A stretch of 64,000 bases of DNA, taken from the NCBI GenBank assembly GCA_963764805.1, contig CAVXUB010000001.1, positions 331,840 through 395,839 on the forward strand, given 5' to 3'. The notes under the pieces are model-generated. The model was not told the DNA's origin. It saw only the letters and a list, made by a program, of their open reading frames with translations, and ran no database searches. Made by a program: the position numbers and the translations under genes. This DNA is from an uncultured Actinomycetota bacterium (GTDB lineage Bacteria > Actinomycetota > Acidimicrobiia > Acidimicrobiales > Bog-793). Of this stretch, positions 38,218-50,672 are shown piece after piece. Within the stretch, counting starts at the first letter, position 1, and every line of letters starts with the position of its first letter.

Positions 38218-38802
38218 ATGGTGAGATCGCCGCAAACGCTCAGCGAAGGCGACCGGCGACTCGTCGCCGCCTGGGCAGCCGACTGCGCGGAGCGCGTCTT
38301 GGGCCTGTTCGAGGCCGAGGCTCCAGGAGACGATCGCCCTCGCGCTGCGATATCTCGCACTCGGGCTTTCGCCCGGGGGGAGCTGAACACCTCCGAGGAG
38401 ATTCGTCGCCGCTTCGTCGGCGGTGTGTCTGCCGGCGAGGTCAACGCTCCTGCAGCCGCCTCGGCTGCACGAGCCGCCGGTCAAGCAGTGGCCATCTGCC
38501 ACATGGGCGCTCATGCGCTCGGCGCCGCCGCCTATGCCGCCAAAGCGGCCGGGCTGGCGGGGCCGGACGGGCCAGAAGCCGTCAAAGATGAGATCCGCTG
38601 GCAGCTCAGCCACATGACGGCAGAGGTTCGAGCTGCCCTTCGAGCAATCCCGCCAGTCGGGGCAGACCGGTCAGGCCCTCTTGGGCCAGGGCGCCTCGCG
38701 TCCGGTGAGCTCGGCGCGATCATCCGTGACCTGCAGGTTGGTCTCTCCGAACCCCATACGCACGTCCGCGGGAATACGCACTCGAACTCTGCCGCCCACT
38801 AG
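38218..38802 (+). CDS. Helical hypothetical protein (resembles actinobacterial putative immunity proteins often mislabelled SbcC)
   Basis: Intact 194 aa, Ala-rich and helical. The assignment is from memory of similar sequences only. Confidence 0.4.
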   Translation: MVRSPQTLSEGDRRLVAAWAADCAERVLGLFEAEAPGDDRPRAAISRTRAFARGELNTSEEIRRRFVGGVSAGEVNAPAAASAARAAGQAVAICHMGAHALGAAAYAAKAAGLAGPDGPEAVKDEIRWQLSHMTAEVRAALRAIPPVGADRSGPLGPGRLASGELGAIIRDLQVGLSEPHTHVRGNTHSNSAAH

Positions 38803-38857
38803 ACAGCTACGGCTCGGCGGCTTGACTAGCCTTGCGTGACACGACACCATGTGAAAC

Positions 38858-39220
38858 ATGACCAGGCGGGAGCAGGCGAGACTGACCCCTCTCACCGAGT
38901 TGCGCCGGGGGGTGCTTGCTCCGTGCGTGCTGGCATTGCTGGCGGAGCGGCCGCGTTTCGGCCTCGAGGTCGTGAGAGACCTCACCGCTGCAGGGAGCCT
39001 CCTCACGAGTGAGGGAACCGTCTACCCGCTCCTCAACCGCCTTCGAGACTCGGGATACGTGACGAGTGACTGGCAGGACGTCGCCGGCGAGCGCGCCCGG
39101 CGGTATTACACGATCACAGCGGCAGGACGTGAGCGTCTGGCGACGTTCAGGGACGAGTGGGCGCTGTTCACAAAGACCGTAGCTGGGGTCCTCTACTGCA
39201 AGGGGAGGGGGTCACGATGA
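38858..39220 (+). CDS. PadR-family transcriptional regulator
   Basis: VLAPCVLALLAERPRFGLEVVRDL..SEGTVYPLLNRLRDSGYV..RRYYTITAAGRE. Confidence 0.85.
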   Translation: MTRREQARLTPLTELRRGVLAPCVLALLAERPRFGLEVVRDLTAAGSLLTSEGTVYPLLNRLRDSGYVTSDWQDVAGERARRYYTITAAGRERLATFRDEWALFTKTVAGVLYCKGRGSR

Positions 39221-40056
39221 AGGCGGACACGCCCTTTGCTGAGCAGGCGGTGAAGCAGTACTTGTCTGAGTTGGACCGGGCACTTGCCGTGCTTCCGTCG
39301 AGACAGGCAGCAGAGCTGCGCGAGCAGATCGAAGCCCACGTCGAAGACACCTTGGCGGCGGGTGCCGGCGCCGGCGAAGTCGCCCGCATGCTCGCAAGGT
39401 TGGGTCCGCCTGATGTCGTGGTTCGCGAGGCGTCAGCAGATCATCAGCCGTCGGCGTGGCGACGACTCCGCCGTGTCCCGTGGTGGGGCTGGGTGCTGGT
39501 GGCGCTCACACTCGCCATCGCCGGGTCGTCGATCGGGTTGTTCGAGTACATCGACGCGCAGCGCACCGCTCCCCCGCTCACCTTCGCCGGTACGTCCGGC
39601 TGGTTGTACCCGCAGGATTGGAGTCATGCCGTGGACACCCAAGCCGACGGCGCCAGTCAGTCCACCGCGCCGATCCGGTCGGGGCAGGTGCAGGGCTTCC
39701 TGATCTCGATCCGGAACCCGAGCAGCTGGAACGAGACGGTGCTCGGGTTGGAGTACGACTTCGGGCCCGGTGGGCCTGGCATGACAGTTCGGGTCGGCGA
39801 CTCCGCGAGCATCGAGCGGGGAGGCAGCGCCATGCCTGGGACGAAGTTCATACTCCCGGCGACGATCCCGCCGGGCGGCATCCGAATGCTCCGGCTCGTG
39901 TGGAAGTCCACGACGTGCCTCGAGGGCGGCGGTGCACAGGGGATCAACCAGATCTACTTGGAGGTGAAAGTCGGCTGGGTCACGCGCACGGAGGTGATCC
40001 AGCTGCCCACTGAGTTCGCGCTCTCGGGGCCGAGCCGTTCGGGCTCGTGCATTTAG
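39217..40056 (+). CDS. Membrane protein partner of PadR (DUF1700/HAAS-like N-terminus)
   Basis: The ATG overlaps the PadR stop (ATGA). The N-terminus VKQYLSELDRALAVLPSRQAAELREQIEAHVED is followed by a TM segment and an extracytoplasmic domain. Confidence 0.55.
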   Translation: MKADTPFAEQAVKQYLSELDRALAVLPSRQAAELREQIEAHVEDTLAAGAGAGEVARMLARLGPPDVVVREASADHQPSAWRRLRRVPWWGWVLVALTLAIAGSSIGLFEYIDAQRTAPPLTFAGTSGWLYPQDWSHAVDTQADGASQSTAPIRSGQVQGFLISIRNPSSWNETVLGLEYDFGPGGPGMTVRVGDSASIERGGSAMPGTKFILPATIPPGGIRMLRLVWKSTTCLEGGGAQGINQIYLEVKVGWVTRTEVIQLPTEFALSGPSRSGSCI

Positions 40057-40529
40057 TCGCCCTCATCGCTGCGCCACGGCGGCTGGGGCGGCGCTGAGAC
40101 CAGCGCTCGGCGCAGCAATGCGAGCAACTGGCGGCGCTCGGTCACGGTCAGGCCGCCGAGGATCTCGTCCTCGACCCGGCCGGCCGCTCGCTTGGCTTGA
40201 TCGAGTGCCCGGCGCCCCTTCGGCGTGATCGTGACCTCCCAGGCGCGTCGGTCGCCGGGCCGCCGCCGGCGCTCGGCGAGCCCGCCTGACTCGAGCTCGT
40301 TGACGAGGCTGACCATGGCGCTCGGATCGATGGCCATATCGGCGCTGAGCTGCTGCTGGATCACGCCCTCTCGAGCGCCCAGCACGTTCAGGACGCCAAA
40401 CGTCGCGGTGGTGAGGCCCATCGTCTTCAGCGCTTCTGCTGTCCGGGTGTGGCAAGCCCGCCAGAGTCGGAAGAACAGCTGCCCGGCGAACTCCGTCACT
40501 TCAGCGTCGTGCGACAGTGCGGCGGCCAT
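40053..40529 (-). CDS. MarR-family transcriptional regulator
   Basis: 158 aa with a winged-helix region: LTTATFGVLNVLGAREGVIQQQLSADMAIDPSAMVSLVNELESGGLAERRRRPGDRR. Confidence 0.85.
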   Translation of the reverse strand: MAAALSHDAEVTEFAGQLFFRLWRACHTRTAEALKTMGLTTATFGVLNVLGAREGVIQQQLSADMAIDPSAMVSLVNELESGGLAERRRRPGDRRAWEVTITPKGRRALDQAKRAAGRVEDEILGGLTVTERRQLLALLRRALVSAPPQPPWRSDEGD

Positions 40530-40600
40530 GCCGAGAGGTTACCACGGATTCATGGCTCCCATCTATGATGGCTTGACAGGATCATTGCCAGTGACTATTA

Positions 40601-41117
40601 TTGGAGTTCATCAACAATATCCGAGCCCTCAACCTGAAGGGAGGATTCGTGAGCACCACCACCCAGCGCTCTACGAGGTCCGTGGCAGGCGATCGCTCCG
40701 ATCGGTTCACGGACGACGAACGGGCAGCCATGAGAGACCGCGCCCGGGAGCTGAAGGCGACTGCGCGCCGAGGCGGCGCGAAGCCGGACCTGGAGGCCGA
40801 CCTGCTGGCCAAGATCGCCGAGATGCCGGAGGATGATCGGATCATGGCCGAGCGGCTCCACGTCATCATCAGGGAGGTCGCTCCAGAGCTCTCGCCACGC
40901 ACCTGGTACGGGATGCCTGCCTATGCCAACGACGGCAACGTCGTCTGCTTCTTCCAGAGCGCGCACAAGTTCAAGACGCGCTGACGCGACGCTCGGTTTC
41001 AGCGACAAGGCGGCCCTCGACGAGGACGGGATGTGGCCAGTCACGTACGCGCTGCACCGGCTGTCGCCTCGCGAGGAAGGCAGGATCCGAGACCTCGTGA
41101 AGCAAGCGGTCCGCTGA
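40601..41117 (+). pseudogene. YdhG/DUF1801-like protein, 1 frameshift near 40980
   Basis: [48 protein letters not shown] is followed, in the frame of ORF 40833-41117, by ATLGFSDKAALDEDGMWPVTYAL. The true start is probably downstream of 40601. Confidence 0.55.
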
Positions 41118-41224
41118 TCGCTCCCACGATTTCTTAGGCCAACTTGTCGATTCTGGCGCCAGCCGTTCGACGCTCTTACGAGTGAGGCGATCGGCGCCTC
41201 GCCAGTGACAAGGAGAGCCACACC

Positions 41225-41566
41225 ATGCGTTTCCTCGGATACACGTTGGCCAACGAGTCGGAACTGCCGACCGAGCCTCCGTCACCGGAGCTGTACGAGC
41301 AGATGGGGCGTTTCGTGGAGGAGGCCACGAGGGCCGGAGTGATCGTCGCCACGGGCGGGATCGCCCCGACCGCGGCAGGTGCCCGCATCGCCCTGAAGGA
41401 AGGCGAGTACACCGTCATCGACGGCCCGTTCGTCGAGGCGAAGGAGCTTGTCGGCGGTTGGGCCCTGATGGAGTGCCGTGACCTGGCCGAAGCCGTCGAG
41501 TGGTCGAAGCGGTTTCTCGCAGTGCTCGGCGAGGGAGAGGTCAGGGTCCGGCCCGTCTCGGGCTGA
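41225..41566 (+). CDS. YciI-like (DGPF) domain protein
   Basis: 113 aa: GVIVATGGIAP..YTVIDGPFVEAKELVGGWALMECRDLAEAVEW. Confidence 0.8.
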   Translation: MRFLGYTLANESELPTEPPSPELYEQMGRFVEEATRAGVIVATGGIAPTAAGARIALKEGEYTVIDGPFVEAKELVGGWALMECRDLAEAVEWSKRFLAVLGEGEVRVRPVSG

Positions 41567-41602
41567 AGCCAAGCGTCTCATGGCGGTGGTTGAATCGGGT
41601 GC

Positions 41603-42877
41603 GTGCCGGTAGCCGATCCGACCACCGCCGTTGAGACCGTTTTCCGGATGGAGTTCCCGCGCGTCGTCGCCACGTTGACGCGGATGACCGGTGACATCGA
41701 CCTTGCCGAGGAGCTGGCACAGGAGGCGCTCGTCGACGCCCTCCGTCAGTGGCCACGCGACGGCGTGCCGGGCAATCCCGGCGCCTGGCTCACCGCGGTC
41801 GGTAAGCGCAAGGCGGTCGACCGCTTCCGGCGCGATCGGAAGTTGGCCGAGAAGTACACCCTGCTCATGAACACCCTCGAGCGAGACAGCACGAGCCCCG
41901 AAACGCTTCCCGAGATAGGCGAGGACACGCTCGACGACGACCGGCTGCGCCTCATCTTCGTCGCCTGCCACCCCCTCCTGCCGGTCGTATCGCGGGTTGC
42001 GCTCACGCTGCGGCTCGTGGCCGGCCTCACGACGGCCGAGATCGCCCGTGCCTACGTCGTCCCCGAACCGACGATCGCCCAGCGCATCGTCCGCGCCAAG
42101 CGGACGATCGCCGACGCAGCCGTCCCCTTCGAAGTCCCCGAACCCGAGGAGCGCGCGGCGCGCCTCGGTTCGGTACTCGAAGTCATCTACCTGATCTTCA
42201 ACGAGGGCTACTCGGCCACCGGAGGCGACGACTGGACGCGTCCCGAGCTGTGCGCCGAGGCACTCCGACTGGGCCGGGTTCTCGCCGCCACCGTCCCCTC
42301 CGAGCCGGAGGTGCAGGGGCTCGTGGCGCTGATGGAGTTCAACTCCTCGCGACTCGGCGCCCGTGCCGGCCCCGGAGGCGCCGTCGTGGTGCTCGCCAAG
42401 CAGGATCGGCGTCGATGGGACCGCTTGCTGATCTCCCGGGGCGAGGCGGCGCTGCGACGGGCCTTCGACCTGTCCCCTCGACGAGGCCCGTACACGCTGC
42501 AGGCGGCCATCGCCGGTTGCCACGCCCGTTGCTTCCGTTCCGAGGAGACAGACTGGGGCGAGGTAGTCGCCCTCTACGAGGAGCTCGTCTCGGTCATGCC
42601 GTCCCCCATCGTCGAGCTCAACCGGGCCGTGGCGATCTCGATGGCATCCGGCGCCGCCGCCGCGCTGCCGTTGGTCGAGCAGCTCCTCGAGCTCGGCGCC
42701 ATCGAGCGCTACCACCTCCTACATGCCGTACGGGGCGATCTTCTCGAGAAGCTCGGACAGCACGCCGAAGCAGCCGCCGCCTTCGAGCGGGCGGCAGGGC
42801 TCGTGCAGAACGCCGCCGAGAAGGCCTTCTTGAGCCAGCGAGCCGCCGAGAATGCTGCACTGTCCGCCGTCCCATGA
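41603..42877 (+). CDS. ECF-like sigma factor with extended C-terminal helical domain (type commonly paired with YciI)
   Basis: 424 aa. Sigma regions 2 and 4 (DLAEELAQEALVDALRQW; LTTAEIARAYVVPEPTIAQRIVRAKR) plus a ~230-aa C-terminal extension. Confidence 0.8.
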   Translation: MPVADPTTAVETVFRMEFPRVVATLTRMTGDIDLAEELAQEALVDALRQWPRDGVPGNPGAWLTAVGKRKAVDRFRRDRKLAEKYTLLMNTLERDSTSPETLPEIGEDTLDDDRLRLIFVACHPLLPVVSRVALTLRLVAGLTTAEIARAYVVPEPTIAQRIVRAKRTIADAAVPFEVPEPEERAARLGSVLEVIYLIFNEGYSATGGDDWTRPELCAEALRLGRVLAATVPSEPEVQGLVALMEFNSSRLGARAGPGGAVVVLAKQDRRRWDRLLISRGEAALRRAFDLSPRRGPYTLQAAIAGCHARCFRSEETDWGEVVALYEELVSVMPSPIVELNRAVAISMASGAAAALPLVEQLLELGAIERYHLLHAVRGDLLEKLGQHAEAAAAFERAAGLVQNAAEKAFLSQRAAENAALSAVP

Positions 42878-42915
42878 TGCGCTCTCGTGATCCACTCGGG
42901 CGACGCGCTCGGCTG

Positions 42916-43848
42916 TCAGGGGACGTGCGGCAACACCGCTTCGGCCACGAACCTCAGGTGTTCAAGGTCTGAGAGATCGAGCACCTGCAGGTAAAGCCTG
43001 GTCGCCCCCGCCTCGACGAAGGTCGACACCTTCTCGAGCACCTCGGCCGGGGTGCCGGCGAGCCCGTTCTGACGCAGCTCGCCGACCTCTCGACCGATGG
43101 CGGCAGCCCTGCGCCCCACCTCCGCCTCGTCCTTGCCGCAGCAGAGCACTTGGGCGACCGACCAGACGAGCCCCGCCGGGTCACGACCCTTTTCGTCGCA
43201 CGCCCGGCGCACTGAGTCATGGACGGTGCGCATCCGGTCGACCGGGACGAAGGCCACGTTGTACTCGTCGGCATAGGTGGCGGCCAGGCGAGCGTTGCGT
43301 GGACCTCCGCCCCCGCCGATGATGATCGGCGGGTGGGGTCGCTGCACGGGACGGAGCGAATCCGCCTGCAGCCGGACTGCGATCGTGCGACCCTGATGTT
43401 CGAAACTCGACCCCGGCTCGGCCGACCAGGCCCCGTGCAACACGGCCAGCTGATCCTCGAGCCTGTCGTAGCGCTCCGTCGTCGGAGGGAACGGGATGCC
43501 GTACGCCTCGTGCTCCTCGCCGTACCACCCTGCGCCGAGCCCGATCTCGACCCTGCCGCCGCTCATGTGATCAACCTGTGACACCACAACCGGCAGCGAT
43601 CCGACCTGACGGAACGTCACCGGCGACACCAGGGTCCCCAATCTGATCGTCGACGTGTCCCTCGCCAGTCCGGCAAGGGTCGTCCAGGCGTCGGTGTAGG
43701 CGGGAAGGCCGGTTGCCGATCCCATCTTCAGGTAGTGGTCGGACCGGAAGAAGGCGTTGTAGCCGCACTCCTCCGCCACCCGTGCCACCGCCAGCAGATC
43801 GTCATAGGAAGCACCCTGCTGAGGCTCGGTAAAGATGCGGAAGTCCAT
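42916..43848 (-). CDS. LLM-class (luciferase-like) F420-dependent oxidoreductase
   Basis: 310 aa. MDFRIFTEPQQGASYDDLLAVARVAEECGYNAFFRSDHY matches this family's N-terminus. Confidence 0.8.
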   Translation of the reverse strand: MDFRIFTEPQQGASYDDLLAVARVAEECGYNAFFRSDHYLKMGSATGLPAYTDAWTTLAGLARDTSTIRLGTLVSPVTFRQVGSLPVVVSQVDHMSGGRVEIGLGAGWYGEEHEAYGIPFPPTTERYDRLEDQLAVLHGAWSAEPGSSFEHQGRTIAVRLQADSLRPVQRPHPPIIIGGGGGPRNARLAATYADEYNVAFVPVDRMRTVHDSVRRACDEKGRDPAGLVWSVAQVLCCGKDEAEVGRRAAAIGREVGELRQNGLAGTPAEVLEKVSTFVEAGATRLYLQVLDLSDLEHLRFVAEAVLPHVP

Positions 43849-43865
43849 GAGGCGCCAGGCTAACG

Positions 43866-44254
43866 GTGCATGCTTGGTGCATGTCCGAGCCTGTTCGAGT
43901 CATCACCGACACCGACCTAATGGACGCCGACCCGACTCCGGGCATGCGCCGACGTGTCGCCATCGAGACGCCGGGGCTGTGGTCCGGCACCGTCCACACC
44001 GAGCCGGGCGCAGCGTCCGGATGGCATCATCACGGCGATCACGAGACGGCGCTCTACGTGGTTGCTGGGACGATGCGGCTGGAGTTCGGCCCCGGCGGCA
44101 ACAGCCTTGTCGAGGCCGCACCTGGCGACTTCGTCCGTGTGCCGCCGCACGCCATCCACCGTGAGTCGAACCCCGGCGAGGTCACCAGTCTCGCCGTCAT
44201 CGTCCGCTCCGGGCAGGGGGCACCAACGGTGAATGTCGACAGGCCCGAGCCCGC

Positions 44255-44258
<4 letters not shown>
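43866..44258 (+). CDS. Cupin-domain protein
   Basis: 130 aa with GWHHHGDHETALYVVAGT..FVRVPPHAIHRESN. The stop overlaps the next start. Confidence 0.7.
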
Positions 44259-46606
<2,348 letters not shown>

Positions 46607-46670
46607 CAGGCTCCGGCGGTGCGTAATATTGTCCGCATGGCCCATCCGAGCGGCCCTCACCGGCTGCGGA

Positions 46671-46738
46671 GAACCAAGGTGCGCAAGCACTTGCTTGGTT
46701 CCCGCCGCTTCCACCACATGCGTCGGAGGAAGCGGCGG
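46671..46738 (+). terminator. Two adjacent GC-rich hairpins downstream of the uvrA-like gene
   Basis: Hairpin 1 is GAACCAAG..GTGC-GCAA-GCAC..CTTGGTTC (46671-46701). Hairpin 2 is CCGCCGCTTCC-N15-GGAAGCGGCGG (46702-46738). No U-tract follows. Confidence 0.35.
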
Positions 46739-46912
46739 GAGGAAACGGCGCGCCCTTTCAGCTCGGGGGATCCGTCCTGAGCTGATTTGCTGCGCAGCCC
46801 GACTTCCTGCCTGGATCAGGAGGAGGTCGGGCGATGCACAAGCATCGCGGAGCAGCCGGAGCATGCGGGCTCCACGAGATCGGGTCGGAGGCCGGATCTG
46901 CACACCCGCAGG

Positions 46913-47683
46913 TGCACCGTTACCTCGCCGCGAGGCGTCGGCCGGCCGGAGACCCGCTCGGTGACTGAGCGCGGCGGTCGCACTGGAGGGTCTGTGGGCG
47001 GTCGGTGCAGCTGAGGCGGCAAGCGCTCGAATAGAGGTCGCCTTCGTCTGCTCGGCGCTCGTCCGTAGCGAGGCGGCGACCGGTCTGTTGGTCCGCCTCT
47101 CGGATGCAGGCGTACCGGTGCTCCAGGTCGCCGAGAAGCTCTTCCGGCGGATGGCGGAACGCGACGGTCCCGACGGCATCGCCGCTCTGGCCAACAGCCC
47201 ACCGCAGTCCTGAGCGACATCCAGGTCGGGGTGGGATGCCGCGTGGTCGTCGCGGACCGTTTCGAGCTGGTCGGGAACCTCGGGACGGTGGTGCGATGCG
47301 CCGACGGCGCTGGAGCGGCCGGCGTGCTGGCAGTCGACACGCCGTTCCGCCTGAGCCATCCCCTGCTGGTGAAGGCCAGCATGGGCACGATCTTCTCGAC
47401 CCCGGTCGTGTCGGTCGGGCTGGAGGAGGCCCTTGAATGGCTGAACCGCAACGGCTTCCGCCTGCTCGCAGCGGATCCGGGGGCATCGGTTCCCTATGAC
47501 CGCGCCGACTACAGAGGCCCTCTGGCGATCGTGCTCGGCAACGAGCGCACGGGCCTCTCCCCCGCCTGGGCCAAAGCTGCCGGCACCCTTGTCTCGATCC
47601 CGATGCTCGGTGTTGCCGACTCGCTCAACGTCGGCCACGCCGCTGCCCTCTTGCTGTACGAGGCGCTCAGGCATCAGCACTAG
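46913..47683 (+). pseudogene. SpoU/TrmH-family RNA 2'-O-methyltransferase, about 2 frameshifts
   Basis: The C-terminal domain is intact in ORF 47231-47683 (GNLGTVVRCADGAG..IVLGNERTGLS..IPMLGVADSLNVGHAAALLLYE). N-terminal parts lie in two other frames and the start is approximate. Confidence 0.7.
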
Positions 47684-47785
47684 AGGCTCTTGGAGGAGGA
47701 AGCCAGTCTGCACGCGCCAGGGGCGGCGACCGGGCCGGCCGAAGCCGATCCAGCCGCCGCCCCGAAGCAGCGAGTTGCTAAAAGC

Positions 47786-48944
47786 TCAGGAGCACGCCTT
47801 CGCGTAGGTCTTGAACTTGCCATGGCTGGAATACCAGCCGTTGACGCTTCCGCTCGGCGTCTCGTGGTAGAACCAGCCGTAGAAGGCAAGCTCCTGCAGG
47901 TGATAGGTGAAGCCGTTCAACGTGTCGGTGATCTCGGTCCCGCTCAGCGGGTCGCCCACCTCGAAGTTGCTCTGGCAACCGGACACCTGGCCGATGTTGC
48001 CCCAAGGGGCAGTCGGGTTGGAGGTGTTGGGGTCGTTCAGCCACTCGGCCACTTCGTGGGTCATACGCCGCCACGTCGCCGAGGTTGGTGAAGTCACCGC
48101 TGGTGTCGTAGTCGCCGATCCCGTAGCTCTGGAAGTTACCGGCGTTGGTCATCGCATTGTGGTAGCCGATGACGCAGCACTGCGACGTCGTCGTCTGGTA
48201 CATCACCACGTCCTGGGTGATGAAGAACGGGAAGGTGGTGCTGGCGCTGGCGCCGAGGGTCTTTGTGATGTAGCTCTGCGCCTGGCTGTCGAACCAGTTG
48301 ATCTCCATGCCGCCGAGGAAGCCGTTACCGCAACCGGTCGTCGTGAGGATCGCGCTGTCGGCGGCCGGAACTGTCAGGTGCCAGGCAGCGTGAGTGGAGA
48401 CCGACAGGTTGACCCCGTAGGTCGGGTTGATCCCGGTCGACTGTGCCTGGTTCCAGAACTCGGCCCGCATGTACGAGTCCTCGTACGAGTGCGTGCCGAC
48501 GCTCACCGAACCGAACTTCCAGGCCTGGGACTTGAAGATGGGCGAGTTCTGCGTCCGCTCCAGCGCCGATTGGGAGTTGCAGGAGTTCACCTTCGTCGGG
48601 TCCCAAGTCGTGGCACTGAACGTGACGACGATCGGGATGATGTCGACCTTGATCGTCGCCGCCCCACCCTTGCTGGTGAAGGGGCTCTTGCCGACGAGCG
48701 TGTCGCAGTAGCTCTTCTTCTTGACCGGATCGCTGAAGCAGTGGTTGTAGGTGGTGATCGCCGACGCTGATGCCTGAGGAGAGGCGATGATCCCGGCGTG
48801 AGTCGGGTGCCAGTCCAGGATCGCCTTCAAGTGGTGAGCAGCGGCGGGCTTCGGCGTTGCCAGCGCCGCCGGAGCGCCCATTGCTACGACGGTGCCGCCG
48901 CCAAGTGCCAGCGCACTGGCGACGGCGATGAACGTTCTGCGCAT
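47786..48944 (-). pseudogene. Secreted hypothetical protein, 1 frameshift near 48080
   Basis: Signal peptide MRRTFIAVASALALGGGTVVAMGAPAALA. The body is in ORF 47778-49019 and the C-terminal ~100 aa in ORF 47786-48097. Confidence 0.5.
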
Positions 48945-49122
48945 GTTGCCCCTTTCGGGCGTCACGATTTGACGCCCATTGACCAGAATCACCCAGCAGT
49001 CGGTGATCTTGACAGCCAATGGTGGCGCCGGTCCAGCCCCAAATTCCGGCCGGTCCCGCCACTAAGAGTCACAATGTTTGCAATGAGCACTCGATCCGGG
49101 TGACGAAGAAGGGGGAAATGCA

Positions 49123-49716
49123 ATGACAATTGTTCAGGACGTACCAGAGGCGCCAGAAGTGCTCGCCGCTGCCGAGGACGAACAGCGCCACGACCAACCG
49201 GCGCACGGCTTCACCAAGCGGGGCCAGGCAGTGCACAAGAAGACCCTCGACCACCTGCCCACCCGCACCGGCTACCAACGCTTCAACAAGAAGCTGGCGG
49301 TGGGGATCACGTCGACCGTGGGCACGATGACTTCCGCCTACATCTTCACGGTCCTGTCGCTCGTCTCCCTGCCGGCGGTCTTGAGCGACGTCTCGCCGAA
49401 GACATTCGGTTCGATCTTCCCGCACTGGCTGGTCAGCGCCTCGTTGATCCTGCTCATCGCGTGGATCGCCCAGACCTTCCTCCAGCTCGTCCTGCTGCCG
49501 GTGATCATCGTCGGGCAGAACGTGCAGGCGGAGGCATCCGACGCACGCGCCGGCAAGACCTTCGAGGACGTCGAGGATGCCAAGACCTGCATCCGCCAGG
49601 CGCTCAACCTGCTCGACATCCACACCGAAGGCGGGCTCAAGGACGTCCTCGACGCCATCGAGGCGCTGAAGGGGTCCCTCACGGCCGCCGCACCGGGCAC
49701 TACGGCGCCGGCGTAG
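49123..49716 (+). CDS. DUF1003-like membrane protein
   Basis: Two TM helices followed by IIVGQNVQAEASDARAGKTFEDVEDAK, resembling the DUF1003 pattern. Confidence 0.55.
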   Translation: MTIVQDVPEAPEVLAAAEDEQRHDQPAHGFTKRGQAVHKKTLDHLPTRTGYQRFNKKLAVGITSTVGTMTSAYIFTVLSLVSLPAVLSDVSPKTFGSIFPHWLVSASLILLIAWIAQTFLQLVLLPVIIVGQNVQAEASDARAGKTFEDVEDAKTCIRQALNLLDIHTEGGLKDVLDAIEALKGSLTAAAPGTTAPA

Positions 49717-49857
49717 GCGACCAGTAGTTCTCAGGCGGCAGCCCGCGCACTGCTCGAGCGCGTGAGCAGTTCAGCTGCTCCTCGTCGAAGCGCCACACCT
49801 CCACGACGCGAGCCTCGCACGCCTCGCCTCGAGCCGCAGTCCTTATGATCGGGCACC

Positions 49858-50526
49858 GTGGAGCTCGACCTCGAGGAAGGGCGGGTGATCGGCTGCCTCA
49901 TCGAGAAGCAGCTGACGACGCCGCAGCAGTATCCGCTGTCGCTGAACGCCCTCGCGCTTGCCTGCAACCAGCAGTCGAACCGTGACCCGGTTGTCGCTTA
50001 CGAGGAGAGCACGGTGCAGGCGGCCTTGGTGAGGCTGAAGGAGGCGGGACTGGTGCGTTTCGTCCATCCTTCCCATGGGCGTTCGGTGACCCGCTACCGC
50101 CACGTTCTCGACGAGCATCTGGGACTGGACCCACAGGGACTTGCGCTCGTCGCCGTGCTCCTGCTGCGGGGGCCGCAGACTGCCGGTGAGCTGCGGATCC
50201 GCACCGAACGGATGGCTCAGTTCGACGGCCTCGGCGGTGTCGACTCAGAGCTCGCCCGGCTGGCCGACCGCACCGAGCCGATCGTGCGCCGATTGCCGCG
50301 GCGATCCGGGCACAAGGAGGATCGTTGGGTGCAGCTGCTGACCCCGGCAGTGGCGCCAGATGTGGTGGCTGCGGATGCGGCTGACCCTGGCTACCGCCCG
50401 CCGGCAGCAGCGGGCGCCCTCGCTTCGCGGGTGGAGGCGCAGGGCGTGGAGCTCGCCGAGCTGAGGGCCGAGGTCGACCTGCTGCGCCGGGCGCTTGAAG
50501 AGCTACGCCGGGAGATCGGGGCATGA
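49858..50526 (+). CDS. YceH/DUF480-family protein
   Basis: EGRVIGCLIEKQLTTPQQYPLSLNALALACNQQSNRDPVV..LLLRGPQTAGELR. Confidence 0.8.
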   Translation: MELDLEEGRVIGCLIEKQLTTPQQYPLSLNALALACNQQSNRDPVVAYEESTVQAALVRLKEAGLVRFVHPSHGRSVTRYRHVLDEHLGLDPQGLALVAVLLLRGPQTAGELRIRTERMAQFDGLGGVDSELARLADRTEPIVRRLPRRSGHKEDRWVQLLTPAVAPDVVAADAADPGYRPPAAAGALASRVEAQGVELAELRAEVDLLRRALEELRREIGA

Positions 50527-50672
50527 GCAAGTCCCGCCCCTCCGTAGACAGGCAGCCCGTTCCGCTATTGACAGAACGACTGTCGATTCTCTAGCCTTGG
50601 CTCGCAGTCCCGACGCCGCCGCCGGCGATCCGCGAGCGGCCGGCGTGGCGAGGACGGGCGAGGAGCGGCCCG